Of a stretch of DNA of 64,000 nt, positions 30,394-40,296 are shown one piece after another; position 1 is the first letter of the stretch; every line of letters starts with the position of its first letter. The notes under the pieces are model-generated. The model saw only the letters and a list, made by a program, of their open reading frames with translations. It was not told the DNA's origin and did no database searches. This DNA is from Oculatellaceae cyanobacterium bins.114 (GTDB taxonomy: Bacteria > Cyanobacteriota > Cyanobacteriia > Elainellales > Elainellaceae): NCBI GenBank assembly GCA_033764315.1, contig JANRJA010000137.1, forward strand, positions 1 to 64,000. Reading direction: 5' to 3'. Both the position numbers and the translations under genes were made by a program.

Positions 30394-31392
30394 TTATAGC
30401 CTGATATTTTTGAGATGGCTCCTAGGATCGTTGCTACGAGCCGCACGCAGCTTTTCATAATACTCCCGTTCTGTGGGGCTGAGATCTTTAGGGGCGACAA
30501 TGACCACGCGCACCAGTTGATCTCCCCTCCCGTCTTTAGGCTTGGGCCATCCCTTGCCTCTCAATCGCAAGGTTTGTCCTGAGCGGATGCCAGCGGGAAT
30601 ATTCATGCTCACCGTGCCATCCGGTGTAGGAACATCGATCGCCCCTCCCAGTGCTGCTTCATCGGGAGCAATGGGAATCTCGCACACCAGATTTTCACCC
30701 TCAAATTGGAAAAAAGAGTGAGGTTGAACCTCAATTTTGAGATACAAATCTCCCCGTTGCTGGCTGTTGCCATAGGGACTGGGTTGCCCTTTGCCTTTGA
30801 CTCGAATTCGACTGCCTGGTTTTGCCCCAGGTGGAATGCGAACCGTAATAATTTCACTGCCGACACTCAAACGCTGCTGCACGCCATGAAATGCTTCAGG
30901 GAGGGTTAGTGTCAGAGTTGATTCTAAATCGAGGTTTGAAGTACTTGCTTGAGGGTCAAACCCGCCATAGTCGTTAAAACCACCGTAGCCCCCCGCACCC
31001 CCAGGACTCGTACGATAACTGTAGCCACGTCCCCCAGCACCCGGTGCCCCGGTGCTAAAACGCCCCAGCAATTCATTGATAAATTCGTCAAAATTTGCAT
31101 ATTGACTGAAATCAAAGCCACTGTAGTCAGGTGCGTTGCTCGGTGACCAGTTGCCTGCTTGCTTCCAGTATTGACCAAATTGGTCATACTTCTTGCGTTT
31201 GTCTGGGTCAGAGAGCACTTCGTAGGCTTCATTGATTTCTTTGAAACGAGCTTCTGCTACTTTATCCCCCGGGTTCATGTCGGGGTGATATTGTCGTGCC
31301 AATTTGCGATAGGTTTGTTTGATTTCATCAGCATTTGCAGTTTTGCTGATGCCTAACACGGCGTAGTAGTCTTTGAAATCCGTTGCAGCCAT
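30394..31392 (-). CDS. dnaJ: Class B DnaJ/CbpA-like chaperone
   Basis: J-domain HPD, G/F region, no zinc finger, DnaJ C-terminal domain. Confidence 0.9.
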   Translation of the reverse strand: MAATDFKDYYAVLGISKTANADEIKQTYRKLARQYHPDMNPGDKVAEARFKEINEAYEVLSDPDKRKKYDQFGQYWKQAGNWSPSNAPDYSGFDFSQYANFDEFINELLGRFSTGAPGAGGRGYSYRTSPGGAGGYGGFNDYGGFDPQASTSNLDLESTLTLTLPEAFHGVQQRLSVGSEIITVRIPPGAKPGSRIRVKGKGQPSPYGNSQQRGDLYLKIEVQPHSFFQFEGENLVCEIPIAPDEAALGGAIDVPTPDGTVSMNIPAGIRSGQTLRLRGKGWPKPKDGRGDQLVRVVIVAPKDLSPTEREYYEKLRAARSNDPRSHLKNIRL

Positions 31393-31625
31393 CCAGCTGT
31401 CTCCTCCACAGGTTCTGCTCTTAAGCTAACAGTATTTTGAACCAAGAGCGGTTCGGTTGCTGCTGAAAGTAAAGGTGAAATTTCCTCACCTGAGGGTGGA
31501 GTGGGAAGTGGGGGAGGGACAGTGAAAGGGAAGGATGAAAGCTAAAAGATAAAGGATGAAAAGTAAGCGGTAGAGGAGTCGATAGAAACCTCCCTCCCTA
31601 TTTCCTTCTGCCCCTTGCCTTTTCC

Positions 31626-32112
31626 TTAAAAGAATCGGTAGTGAATGAGACAATCCAGTCTTTCTTGCAAACTAGGAGGTGCTCCGGTGAGGCAGCGATG
31701 CATTCGCTGGATGATGGCATCCGGAACTTGACGATCGCGCTTTTGATTACGTTCTAAGCAAACCTCAAGGGGAACGTCTAACCACAATCCCGTGAGATGG
31801 GTAAAGCCGCACTGTCGAATTAGGGCGATCGCCTCTCGTCGTTGTCGTCGCACCACATTGGTGGCATCAAAAATTGCCTCTTGGGCCAGCCCATCAGAAA
31901 CTTGCAAGGCCGCTTGCTGCAACTGCCGCTGCAACTCTGCCCAGACTTGTCGCCAGGGACCCTGAACCGCTTCGTTGCCAAACAATTGACCCCGAATAGC
32001 ATCGGTTGAAATCAAAATGCGTCCTGGTTGGGTTTCCAGTAGCATCTTCGCCAGTGTCGATTTGCCACTGCCAGGTAACCCAATCAGCAGAAGGAGGCGG
32101 GGGGAAGACAAG
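31626..32112 (-). CDS. Predicted kinase, AAA_33-type P-loop
   Basis: GLPGSGKST, ISTDAIR, DATN, CLERNQKRDRQVP; TTG start near 32112 because upstream codons come from a purine repeat. Confidence 0.8.
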
Positions 32113-32242
32113 GGAAGAGCCAAAAAACAAAAAAGAAGAGAAAAAAAGAGGAAAAACAATTCAAAGATAAAAAATAAAAGCTAAAGAGGTAGCTCCTTAA
32201 TCTTCCTTATTCTTTCTTCTATTTTCCTTCTTCTTTTTTGCC

Positions 32243-33532
32243 TTAGATGATCGTTCCATCGGGGATAGTGGCATTCTTTAACACAACCACGATGCCATTG
32301 CGGATGTAGAAGCCCTGGCTTTCACGCTCAGCTTCTTCAACCCGATCTTTGTTGATGATTTGAACGTCACAGCCAATGCAAGCGTTTTTGTCGATGATGG
32401 CACGACGAATCGTGGTGTTGGGGCCAATGCCAACTGGAATGTGGGTGCGATCGCAGTTATCTTGTCGCTCTGCATAGGGTTGATAGAAGTCAGCCCCCAT
32501 AATCAGCGTGTCTTGAATTGTGCTGCCTGACTCAACTCGTGTCCGAATTCCCAAAACAGAGTGATGAATCGTGCAGTTTTTCAAAATGCACCCTTCACCA
32601 ATCATCGACTCAGTAATGTGGCAATCCAGCATTTTGGTCGGAGGCAGATAGCGTCCACGGGTGTAGATGGGTGCCTGCTCATCATAAAAGCTGAAAGGAG
32701 GTTGAGGTTGTTGGGTGAGTGCCAGGTTAGCGTCATAAAACGCTTCTATCGTTCCGATGTCTTCCCAATAGCCCTTAAACAGAAAAGCTTGGACATTGTA
32801 TTCCTTAGCAGAGGCAGGAATAATCTCTTTGCCAAAGTCAGTTTGCTCAGGCGATCGCTTCAGCAAATTGATCAATACATCTTTCTTGAAGACGTAGATT
32901 CCCATTGAGGCAATATAAGGACTTTGTTGCGCATCTTCTGGCGATAGCCCCAACGCTGTCGTGTCTACCTGCATTTGCTTTAGGGCTTCTCCCTTGGGCT
33001 TTTCACTAAAATCAATGACCCGACCTGAGTCATCAATTTTCATCAAACCAAAGTCAGAAGCACGTTTTTCATCAATAGGAATGACTGAAATAGTGATATC
33101 AGCATTGGTTTCCCGATGCCGTTGAATGAACTCGGTATAGTCCATCCGGTAGAGATGGTCTCCCGATAAAATTAAGTACTCCTCTACATCAAATTCGTTA
33201 AATAACCACGCATATTGGCGTACCGCATCCGCTGTGCCCTGAAACCAATTAGGGTTTTCAGGAGTTTGTTGGGCTGCCAAAATCTCAACAAACCCTTCAT
33301 GAAAGCCAGAAAAGTTATAAGTACGGGAGATATGGCGGTTTAAGGATGCCGAATTGAATTGAGTGAGAACGTAGATTTTATAAATGTCTGAGTTAATACA
33401 ATTACTGACAGGAATATCAATTAACCGATATTTGCCAGCCAATGGTACAGCTGGTTTAGCTCGTAGCTTCGTTAAAGGATAAAGACGGGTGCCAGCACCG
33501 CCGCCTAAGATGATCGCTAATACTTGCTTCAC
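32243..33532 (-). CDS. glgC: Glucose-1-phosphate adenylyltransferase
   Basis: [44 protein letters not shown]. Confidence 0.98.
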   Translation of the reverse strand: MKQVLAIILGGGAGTRLYPLTKLRAKPAVPLAGKYRLIDIPVSNCINSDIYKIYVLTQFNSASLNRHISRTYNFSGFHEGFVEILAAQQTPENPNWFQGTADAVRQYAWLFNEFDVEEYLILSGDHLYRMDYTEFIQRHRETNADITISVIPIDEKRASDFGLMKIDDSGRVIDFSEKPKGEALKQMQVDTTALGLSPEDAQQSPYIASMGIYVFKKDVLINLLKRSPEQTDFGKEIIPASAKEYNVQAFLFKGYWEDIGTIEAFYDANLALTQQPQPPFSFYDEQAPIYTRGRYLPPTKMLDCHITESMIGEGCILKNCTIHHSVLGIRTRVESGSTIQDTLIMGADFYQPYAERQDNCDRTHIPVGIGPNTTIRRAIIDKNACIGCDVQIINKDRVEEAERESQGFYIRNGIVVVLKNATIPDGTII

Positions 33533-33896
33533 GACAACCTCTTTACGCCTATTGTGATCCCACGTCCAGTGTCCATCTGTCGGGTACAGTTTGCAAGAGG
33601 TTATGGATACAAAGCTAAATTGTTTTGCTCAGTCGCAAGGTTCAAATTTATCAGCGAAGACCAGAGCAAAAATCGGTATAAAAACACTTGACAAAGGCTC
33701 TGTTTAGATTACTAAGGGGGGAATCTCTTGAAACTTCGTCTATTTAGGCAGAAATAGTGAGAGAAATGAGTCGCTCATGATGGCTTCTGCTAATCCTTGT
33801 TTATGAGAATAAGCTGGAGTAGAGCCTAAAAACCCCTCAACTATCTTAAAGATTCTCAACAATAGCTCTTCTTCAGCAAGAGCTTAGAAGGTGAGA

Positions 33897-33921
33897 GGGT
33901 GCATCTGACGATTGGGGAGTG
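33897..33921. repeat. Isolated terminus of a family A element
   Basis: GGGTGCATCTGACGATTGGGGAGTG matches the reverse complement of the 20803-20827 end (GGGTGCATCTGGCGGTCGGGGGAGTG). Confidence 0.65.
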
Positions 33922-33981
33922 TGGGCACATCCAACGCTGCTTCTGCCCTCTGGGTTGACCTGTCTGTTGCTATGACGTGTT

Positions 33982-34602
33982 ATGGACTACGCCGCTGTTA
34001 TCTCATTTCTAAAACAATCCGATCCACACTTAGCCTCCGTGATTGAGCGGGTTGGGCCGTGTCTCCTCACACCTGATGAAGGAGATCTGTTGTCTTGCAT
34101 GGCAGAAACCATTATTTATCAACAGCTTTCAGGTAAGGCGGCAGCTACTATTCACCGTCGGTTTTTGCAAATCTATGGCGATCGCCCCGTGTTGACTGCC
34201 ACCGATATTTTAAGCACCCCCGATGAGGTGTTGCGAGGTGCTGGGATCTCGCGAGCAAAAGTGAGTTATCTCAAAGATCTGGCACAACGGGTGCAGGCAG
34301 GGTTGCCCAGTTTAGAGCAATTGCAGGAACTAGATGATGAGGCGATCGCCAAAACCTTGACTCAAATTAAAGGAATTGGGCGATGGAGCGTGCAGATGTT
34401 GTTGATCTTTCGGCTTAATCGCCCAGACGTGTTGCCAACCGAAGACTTGGGAGTGCGAACAGCGATCCAGAAGATCTATGGGTTAGAGACCCTGCCCGAT
34501 AAGAAAACGGTGGAACAGGTGGGGCAAGCGTGGAAACCCTATCGCTCGATCGCTACGTGGTATTTGTGGCGAAGTTTAGATGCACCTGTTCTCTTGGGAT
34601 GA
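33982..34602 (+). CDS. alkA: DNA-3-methyladenine glycosylase II (HhH-GPD)
   Basis: IIYQQLSGKAA, LTQIKGIGRWS, DVLPTEDLG, WKPYRS. Confidence 0.9.
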   Translation: MDYAAVISFLKQSDPHLASVIERVGPCLLTPDEGDLLSCMAETIIYQQLSGKAAATIHRRFLQIYGDRPVLTATDILSTPDEVLRGAGISRAKVSYLKDLAQRVQAGLPSLEQLQELDDEAIAKTLTQIKGIGRWSVQMLLIFRLNRPDVLPTEDLGVRTAIQKIYGLETLPDKKTVEQVGQAWKPYRSIATWYLWRSLDAPVLLG

Positions 34603-34619
34603 GCTAGCCGTCAATCGGC

Positions 34620-35507
34620 TCAGGTGTCTGATCGGCTGACCACCACATCTGTGATAAATGGACGGCTGCCGTCTGTAGAGTTGCCACTAATCCGCAAGCG
34701 AATCTCAGTTGCGGTGACTGTTCCACCAATACGCGTTCCGGCGGCAATGTCGTATGACCAATAGTTCCAAAAGTTTTGACTGACTTCACGGCGAGAGTTA
34801 AAGAAGTTGGCATTAAGCGATTGAGCCGCATAGGTATTGGTCAAACTGCCAGAGAGCCGATTGCCATTGAGTTGAAACGTCCAATATTGCGCCAAAAAAC
34901 CACCTTGAATGTTGTAAGGCACCGCTGAATAAAGCTCAACTGCCCCCTCGATATTGCGAGAACCCGGTGAGGCTGTAATGGATAGGTTAAAGGGGTTGCT
35001 CTCATTCACTCCGCCTGCTTGTTTGATGCGCCCAATCGTGACGGTGGTGCCGATTTGAGTGCGGGTGGTGCCGACATAATCGCCAAAAATATCAGATACC
35101 TCAATGGTGCTGGTTGCGGTGCCTGTATAAGTGCCCCATAAATTTTGGTTGCCCGGTTCTAAACTGGCTGAAAATTGCATCAGGTAATTTGTGTTACCTG
35201 TCACCCGCAACACTTTGACATAATAAGTTCCAGCATTGAGCACACGCCGAATTGATTCAGACAGGGTGCCAGCACGGCGCGATCGCACAATTTGTCTGCC
35301 TTGAGAATTTAACAGTTGAATATCGGCATCAGCCGTCAATTCACTCAAGGCAATATTGAGACTGCCGCGACTGCCTAACTGAAATTTAAATACATCAACA
35401 ACATCTCGACGACCTACAAAATCTCGGACGGCACGATTGGCACTAACGGCTCCTAAATTTCGTGCTCTCACTAACGTGTTATCGGCATTACTAACTGACA
35501 TTGACAC
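34620..35507 (-). CDS. PPC (pre-peptidase C-terminal) domain protein with unknown beta-rich C-domain
   Basis: DFVGRRDVVDVFKF...ADADIQLL...SESIRRVLNAGTYYVKV. Confidence 0.75.
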   Translation of the reverse strand: MSMSVSNADNTLVRARNLGAVSANRAVRDFVGRRDVVDVFKFQLGSRGSLNIALSELTADADIQLLNSQGRQIVRSRRAGTLSESIRRVLNAGTYYVKVLRVTGNTNYLMQFSASLEPGNQNLWGTYTGTATSTIEVSDIFGDYVGTTRTQIGTTVTIGRIKQAGGVNESNPFNLSITASPGSRNIEGAVELYSAVPYNIQGGFLAQYWTFQLNGNRLSGSLTNTYAAQSLNANFFNSRREVSQNFWNYWSYDIAAGTRIGGTVTATEIRLRISGNSTDGSRPFITDVVVSRSDT

Positions 35508-35735
35508 TCCTCGTCTAGTAACAAATCAAGCTCATTTGTGAATTTTGTGAATTTCATTGGATACACCGAAATTCGACGCTCTAGACAGTATGAAACGCTT
35601 ACTGACGTGTCACTTTAGGTGCCGAGTTGAGAGAGTGGCAAGTACTATCGACAAATTGATTCAAAACTTAAAGATATGTTTTACAGCCGCCCTTTGAAAT
35701 AGACCAACTGGGTGAGGCAAGAGGTTGTCATGTAG

Positions 35736-35787
35736 GCAAATTGCATAGAGGGGACGCGATTAATCGCGTCCCCTCTATGCAATTTGC
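35736..35787. repeat. Perfect 52-bp palindrome with SDR-like core, just downstream of hydA
   Basis: GCAAATTGCATAGAGGGGACGCGATT|AATCGCGTCCCCTCTATGCAATTTGC. Confidence 0.9.
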
Positions 35788-35794
35788 TAACCTC

Positions 35795-37210
35795 TTACAT
35801 CACTCGCCCCGATGCCGATCGCTTTAAAAATTGCCCCATCCCCGGTTTGCCCAGCCATTCATCCCCATTCACAATCAATTGACCTCGCAAAAACACCTTT
35901 TCGACTTTGCCTGTGACCGATCGCCCTTCATACAGCGAATAGTCTACGTTGGAGTGGTGGGTGCTGGCACTGAGAATGTGGGTCTTGTTGGGGTCAAACA
36001 GCACCAGATCGGCATCGCTGCCCACCGCGATCGCCCCTTTTTGGGGAAACAGCCCAAACATTTTGGCAGGCGCGGTGGAGGTGAGTTGCACAAATCGATT
36101 AAGCGAGATTTTGCCCGCGTTGACGCCGCCATCAAACAGCAGCGGAACTCGCAACTCGACTCCTGGTGCCCCATTGGGAATTTGTTCAAAGTTGTCGCGT
36201 CCCAGTTGCTTAGATTTGTTGAGACCATAGGGGGCTTCGTTAAAGCAAAAAGGGCAATGATCGGTTGAAACAATTTGCAAGTCGTCAAATTTCAGCCCAC
36301 GCCAGAGCGCATGTTGGCATTTGTGCGATCGCAATGGAGGTGTCATGACATACTTTGCCCCTTCAAATCCGGGGCGATCGTACTCCTCAATAGTCAAAAA
36401 CAGGTAATGGGGACAGGTTTCAGCAAAAGCCGGAATACCGCGATCGCGTGCCTCAACTACTGCCGCCAAGGCTTCTTCGGCTGATAGGTGCACCAGATAC
36501 ACCGGAATCTCGGCCAACTCTGCCAGACGAATGGCTCGATGGGAGGCTTCCCCTTCCATAATCGACGGGCGAGTTAGAGCGTGATATTTCGGGGAAGTGT
36601 TGCCCTGTGCCAGTGCTTCCTCAATCAATACTTGAATGACGCCACCATTCTCAGCGTGGAGGTTGATCATGCCGCCATGATTGCCAACCGTTCGCATGGA
36701 GCGAAAAATATTGGCATCATCCACCATCAACACACCGGGGTATGCCATGAACATTTTGAAGCTGGAAATGCCGTCGTGATTGATCAGGTCGGGTAACTCA
36801 GACAGCACAGCGGGGTTCACGTCAGTGAGAATGATGTGAAAGCCAAAATCGACGCAAACCTGAGGTTCTGCCAGCGCAAGCCGCTGGTCGAGGGCTTGTT
36901 TAGCCGTTTGCCCCTGACGTTGCAGGGCAAAGTCGATGATGGTGGTGGTGCCGCCAAAGGCTGCCGATCGCGTCCCAGTTTCATAGGTGTCACAGGTTTG
37001 CGCGTTGCCAAGGTCAAACTCCATGTGGGTGTGCACATCAACCCCTCCGGGCAGCACCATCAGCCCTGCTGCATTGTGCACCTCAAACGCCTCAGCCGGA
37101 ATCTCACGAGCGATCGCCTCAATTCGTCCATCTCGAATCAGGATATCGGCGACGTAATCATCCACCGCGGTTACAATGCGGCCCCCTTTAATCAGCACCT
37201 GACGTTCCAT
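35795..37210 (-). CDS. hydA: Dihydropyrimidinase/D-hydantoinase
   Basis: PGGVDVHTH, GGTTTIIDF, carboxy-Lys motif FKMFMAY, HAENG, ETCPHYL, STDHCPF, IPNG. Confidence 0.93.
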   Translation of the reverse strand: MERQVLIKGGRIVTAVDDYVADILIRDGRIEAIAREIPAEAFEVHNAAGLMVLPGGVDVHTHMEFDLGNAQTCDTYETGTRSAAFGGTTTIIDFALQRQGQTAKQALDQRLALAEPQVCVDFGFHIILTDVNPAVLSELPDLINHDGISSFKMFMAYPGVLMVDDANIFRSMRTVGNHGGMINLHAENGGVIQVLIEEALAQGNTSPKYHALTRPSIMEGEASHRAIRLAELAEIPVYLVHLSAEEALAAVVEARDRGIPAFAETCPHYLFLTIEEYDRPGFEGAKYVMTPPLRSHKCQHALWRGLKFDDLQIVSTDHCPFCFNEAPYGLNKSKQLGRDNFEQIPNGAPGVELRVPLLFDGGVNAGKISLNRFVQLTSTAPAKMFGLFPQKGAIAVGSDADLVLFDPNKTHILSASTHHSNVDYSLYEGRSVTGKVEKVFLRGQLIVNGDEWLGKPGMGQFLKRSASGRVM

Positions 37211-37253
37211 ATCCTTTGCAAATCCACGAGATTGGTTAAAAAATAAGACTGCA

Positions 37254-37296
37254 AAATTAACGCCAAAATCGCAATAGCTCCGTGGCGATCGCTACA
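37254..37296 (-). promoter_or_regulatory. Candidate NtcA-activated promoter of hydA
   Basis: Minus strand GTA-GCGATCGC-CAC, 22 nt, then -10 TAATTT (TAN3T). Confidence 0.55.
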
Positions 37297-37373
37297 AAAC
37301 GCCATAAATCGCCACAATTACCAGTGTGTTGCAACATAAATCGTCAACTTTGAAAGGCGAGTAAATGACCGAA

Positions 37374-37389
37374 TGTAACTAGTGATACA
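37374..37389. promoter_or_regulatory. NtcA box upstream of the ABC importer
   Basis: TGTA-ACTAGTGA-TACA perfect consensus. Confidence 0.7.
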
Positions 37390-37497
37390 ATCCAAGACTG
37401 AAAAAATCATTAAAACTCCCTATAGTAGCTATTTAGAAAGTGCAGATTTCGTGTTTATTGAGTGCCAGTGCCCTCTCGCGTTTACTGAAATATCCCC

Positions 37498-38685
37498 ATG
37501 TCTGAAGCGTTTATATCTACCTCTGTCGCAACTTCCGAAACTCTAGAACCCCAGGATGTTCATGTGACGCAACAGGCGATCGCGGCTAGCACTCAAGGGG
37601 TTGTACTGAGATCTGTAACTAAAAAATATGGGTCTGTCGTCGCGGTCGAAAATGTCAATTTAGACATTCCTGCGGGGTCTTACTGTTGCCTCTTGGGGCC
37701 GAGTGGTTGTGGCAAAACCAGTACCCTGCGGATGATTGCAGGACACGAAGAGATTTCGAGTGGCGATGTGTATATTGGCGATCGCCGAGTGAACGATCTG
37801 CCTCCTGCTAAGCGCAACACGGCAATGGTGTTTCAAAGTTATGCCCTGTTTCCTCATAAAACGGTGCGAGAAAACGTGGGGTTTGGGCTAAAAATGCGTG
37901 GCGTCAACAAAACAGAACGCGACCAACGGGTGGATGAAATGCTAGAAATCGTGGGCTTAAGCAAGTTTGCTAACCGCAAACCCAGCATGCTCAGTGGTGG
38001 GCAACAACAACGGGTTGCGCTGGCGCGATCGCTTGTGACTCGCCCTCAAGTGCTGTTGTTAGACGAACCCCTCAGCGCGTTAGATGAGTCGCTACGGGTC
38101 AAAACACGAGGAGAGTTGCGCCGCCTGCAACGCCAGTTTGGGATGACCTTTATTCAAGTCACCCACGCTCAAGATGAGGCGTTTGCCTTGGCCGATCAAA
38201 TCGTCGTGATGGATCACGGTCACATCGATCAGGTGGGTACTCCATCTGACATTTTTAGTGCTCCTGCCTCCCGCTTTGTGGCTCGCTTTGTCGGAGATAA
38301 CAACATCTTTGTTGGCACAGTGACGAGTGTGGTTCCCAACTCCCCTGCCCTGATTCAGTTAGAGGTCGATCAGCTTGGCACTTTCTTGTGTCAGGGGCAA
38401 ACCGCTGATGTGGGAATGACGGCGGCTTGTTGTGTCAGGAGCGATCGCATGACGCTTAAACCTTTTAGCCCTGGCACGTCACCTCAACCCAACCAGCTTT
38501 CAGCTCGCATTACGGCGATCGAGTTCACGGGGTATGTGACTCGTGTCTCATTGATGACCGAAGCCACTACCGAAGAACTCATTTACAAAGTTCGTACCCA
38601 CGATTGGCTGGCGGCTCCAATGCAAGAAGGGCAACTCGTCACCCTCAATTGGTCTACTGACGATTGTGTCTTTTTGCCCCATTAG
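37498..38685 (+). CDS. ABC importer ATP-binding subunit (PotA-like, TOBE)
   Basis: GPSGCGKT, LSGGQQQRVALAR, LLLDEP. Confidence 0.93.
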   Translation: MSEAFISTSVATSETLEPQDVHVTQQAIAASTQGVVLRSVTKKYGSVVAVENVNLDIPAGSYCCLLGPSGCGKTSTLRMIAGHEEISSGDVYIGDRRVNDLPPAKRNTAMVFQSYALFPHKTVRENVGFGLKMRGVNKTERDQRVDEMLEIVGLSKFANRKPSMLSGGQQQRVALARSLVTRPQVLLLDEPLSALDESLRVKTRGELRRLQRQFGMTFIQVTHAQDEAFALADQIVVMDHGHIDQVGTPSDIFSAPASRFVARFVGDNNIFVGTVTSVVPNSPALIQLEVDQLGTFLCQGQTADVGMTAACCVRSDRMTLKPFSPGTSPQPNQLSARITAIEFTGYVTRVSLMTEATTEELIYKVRTHDWLAAPMQEGQLVTLNWSTDDCVFLPH

Positions 38686-38777
38686 ACTCTAGTTTCAATC
38701 AAGCAGTCTAAATCAAGTTTGTCTCGCTCCCTCACAATCTGACTTTTAAGAGAAATATCACCGAAATACTAAGAACT

Positions 38778-40091
38778 ATGGCTAAATTTACCCGTCGTCA
38801 AGTCTTGAGAACCGGATTAGCAGCCGGAGCAATGCTAACCGCGACCCAATGTGCTCGCAGCGAAGCCCCTAGTGGCACGCCCAATAATCCGGCACCTGGC
38901 CCAGAGGTCAACACCAATCAGATCAAGGATGTTACCCTTCGGTTTATCGGGACGGGCGTTTCTCAAATTAACGAAATTCGAGACAAAGCTCAGGAAGATT
39001 TGGGTTTTAAGCTCGACATGCGGGCACTCAGCACCGAAGAAAATAACCAGATCGCCATCACCCAACCGGGGCAATACGACGTGTTTGACGGTGAATTCTT
39101 TAGCTTGCCATTGGTGGTTCCGTCCGGGAACTTGCAGGCGATCGATGTTAGCAAAATCACGGCTTTCGACAAAATTGTCTCCATCTTTACCACAGGCAAA
39201 TTTGAAGGGTTGCCCGTTGAAACCTCTCAGGGCACCAGTCCCTACAAAGTGATGTATCTGAAGGAGCAAGGCTCTACCGAATTTGCTACCGAGCCAACCA
39301 ACTGGGCGACCTTGATTCCCTTCCAATACAACGCTGATACGTTGGGCTATCGTCCTGACTTGGTCGGGCGTGAAATTGAAAGCTGGGCTGAGTTGTTTAA
39401 CCCAGAGTTCAAAGGCAAGACCTCCATTCTTGATATCCCCTCCATTGGCATTATGGATGCAGCAATGGTGGTCGAAGCGGCGGGATTGATGACCTTTGGT
39501 GACAAGGGCAATATGACTCGTGCAGAGATTGATCAGATTACTGAGATTTTGAAAGAGCAAAAGCGCAATGGACAGTTCCGGGCGTTTTGGAAAACCTTTG
39601 ATGAATCGGTCAACCTGATGGCATCGGGTGAAGTGGTATTGCAGTCGATGTGGTCGCCTGCTGTGACGGCTGTCAAAGCCAAGGGCATTCAATGTGTCTA
39701 CGCTCCCTTAAAGGAAGGCTATCGCGCTTGGGGAGGGGGCATTGGGCTGTCTAAAAATCTCTCTGGAATCGAATTAGATGCGGCTTACGACTACATCAAC
39801 TGGATGTTAGATGGCTGGGTGGGTGCCTTTTTAGGACGGCAAGGCTATTACAGTGCAGTTCCTGAGAATGCTCAAAAGTTTATGTCGCCTGCGGAGTGGG
39901 ATTTCTGGTATGAAGGGAAGCCCGCCGTTGAAGACATGATCGACCCGTTTGGTAAGAAGCTCGAACCCAAAGGAGCCGTTCGCGATGGCGGTTCCTTTAA
40001 AGAACGGATGGGCAATGTGGTGGTCTGGAACTCCACAATGGATGAGCAGGTTTACCTCGTCCAGAAATGGAATGAGTTTATTGCTTCCTAG
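38778..40091 (+). CDS. ABC importer solute-binding protein (PotD/PotF-like), Tat-exported
   Basis: FTRRQVL twin-arginine signal with Cys; YNADTLG, QSMWSPAV, EGYRAW, WNSTMDE. Confidence 0.88.
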   Translation: MAKFTRRQVLRTGLAAGAMLTATQCARSEAPSGTPNNPAPGPEVNTNQIKDVTLRFIGTGVSQINEIRDKAQEDLGFKLDMRALSTEENNQIAITQPGQYDVFDGEFFSLPLVVPSGNLQAIDVSKITAFDKIVSIFTTGKFEGLPVETSQGTSPYKVMYLKEQGSTEFATEPTNWATLIPFQYNADTLGYRPDLVGREIESWAELFNPEFKGKTSILDIPSIGIMDAAMVVEAAGLMTFGDKGNMTRAEIDQITEILKEQKRNGQFRAFWKTFDESVNLMASGEVVLQSMWSPAVTAVKAKGIQCVYAPLKEGYRAWGGGIGLSKNLSGIELDAAYDYINWMLDGWVGAFLGRQGYYSAVPENAQKFMSPAEWDFWYEGKPAVEDMIDPFGKKLEPKGAVRDGGSFKERMGNVVVWNSTMDEQVYLVQKWNEFIAS

Positions 40092-40105
40092 AGTTGAGAA
40101 AAACT

Positions 40106-40211
40106 CTCGTTCCCAGTCTCCTGGCTGGGAATGCCGGATAGCAGTGCCGCTTCATCTTGGAAGAGGCAGAGCCTCCAAACCTACGTTCTTAGGCAGAGCC
40201 TCAGGAACGAG
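40106..40211. repeat. REP/MITE-like element, family B
   Basis: Termini CTCGTTCC...GGAACGAG, internal GAGGCAGAGCCTC hairpin; interrupted relative at 46018-46230. Confidence 0.7.
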
Positions 40212-40296
40212 GCTGAGTTGGGGGGATTTGGGAAGCGAAACTCTGTAGCCCTAACTTTTTTTACTTTTCATTCTTTATTCTTCACTCTTCCCCCCA

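Noticed and set aside
32113..32242. Hydrophobic N-terminal extension of the kinase ORF (likewise 45960-46016)
   Set aside because: Translation of degenerate purine/pyrimidine heptamer tracts, not real signal peptides
38835..39692. 285-aa antisense ORF (also 6153-6848, 55234-55854, 63171-63716)
   Set aside because: Shadow frames opposite well-supported genes, with no motifs
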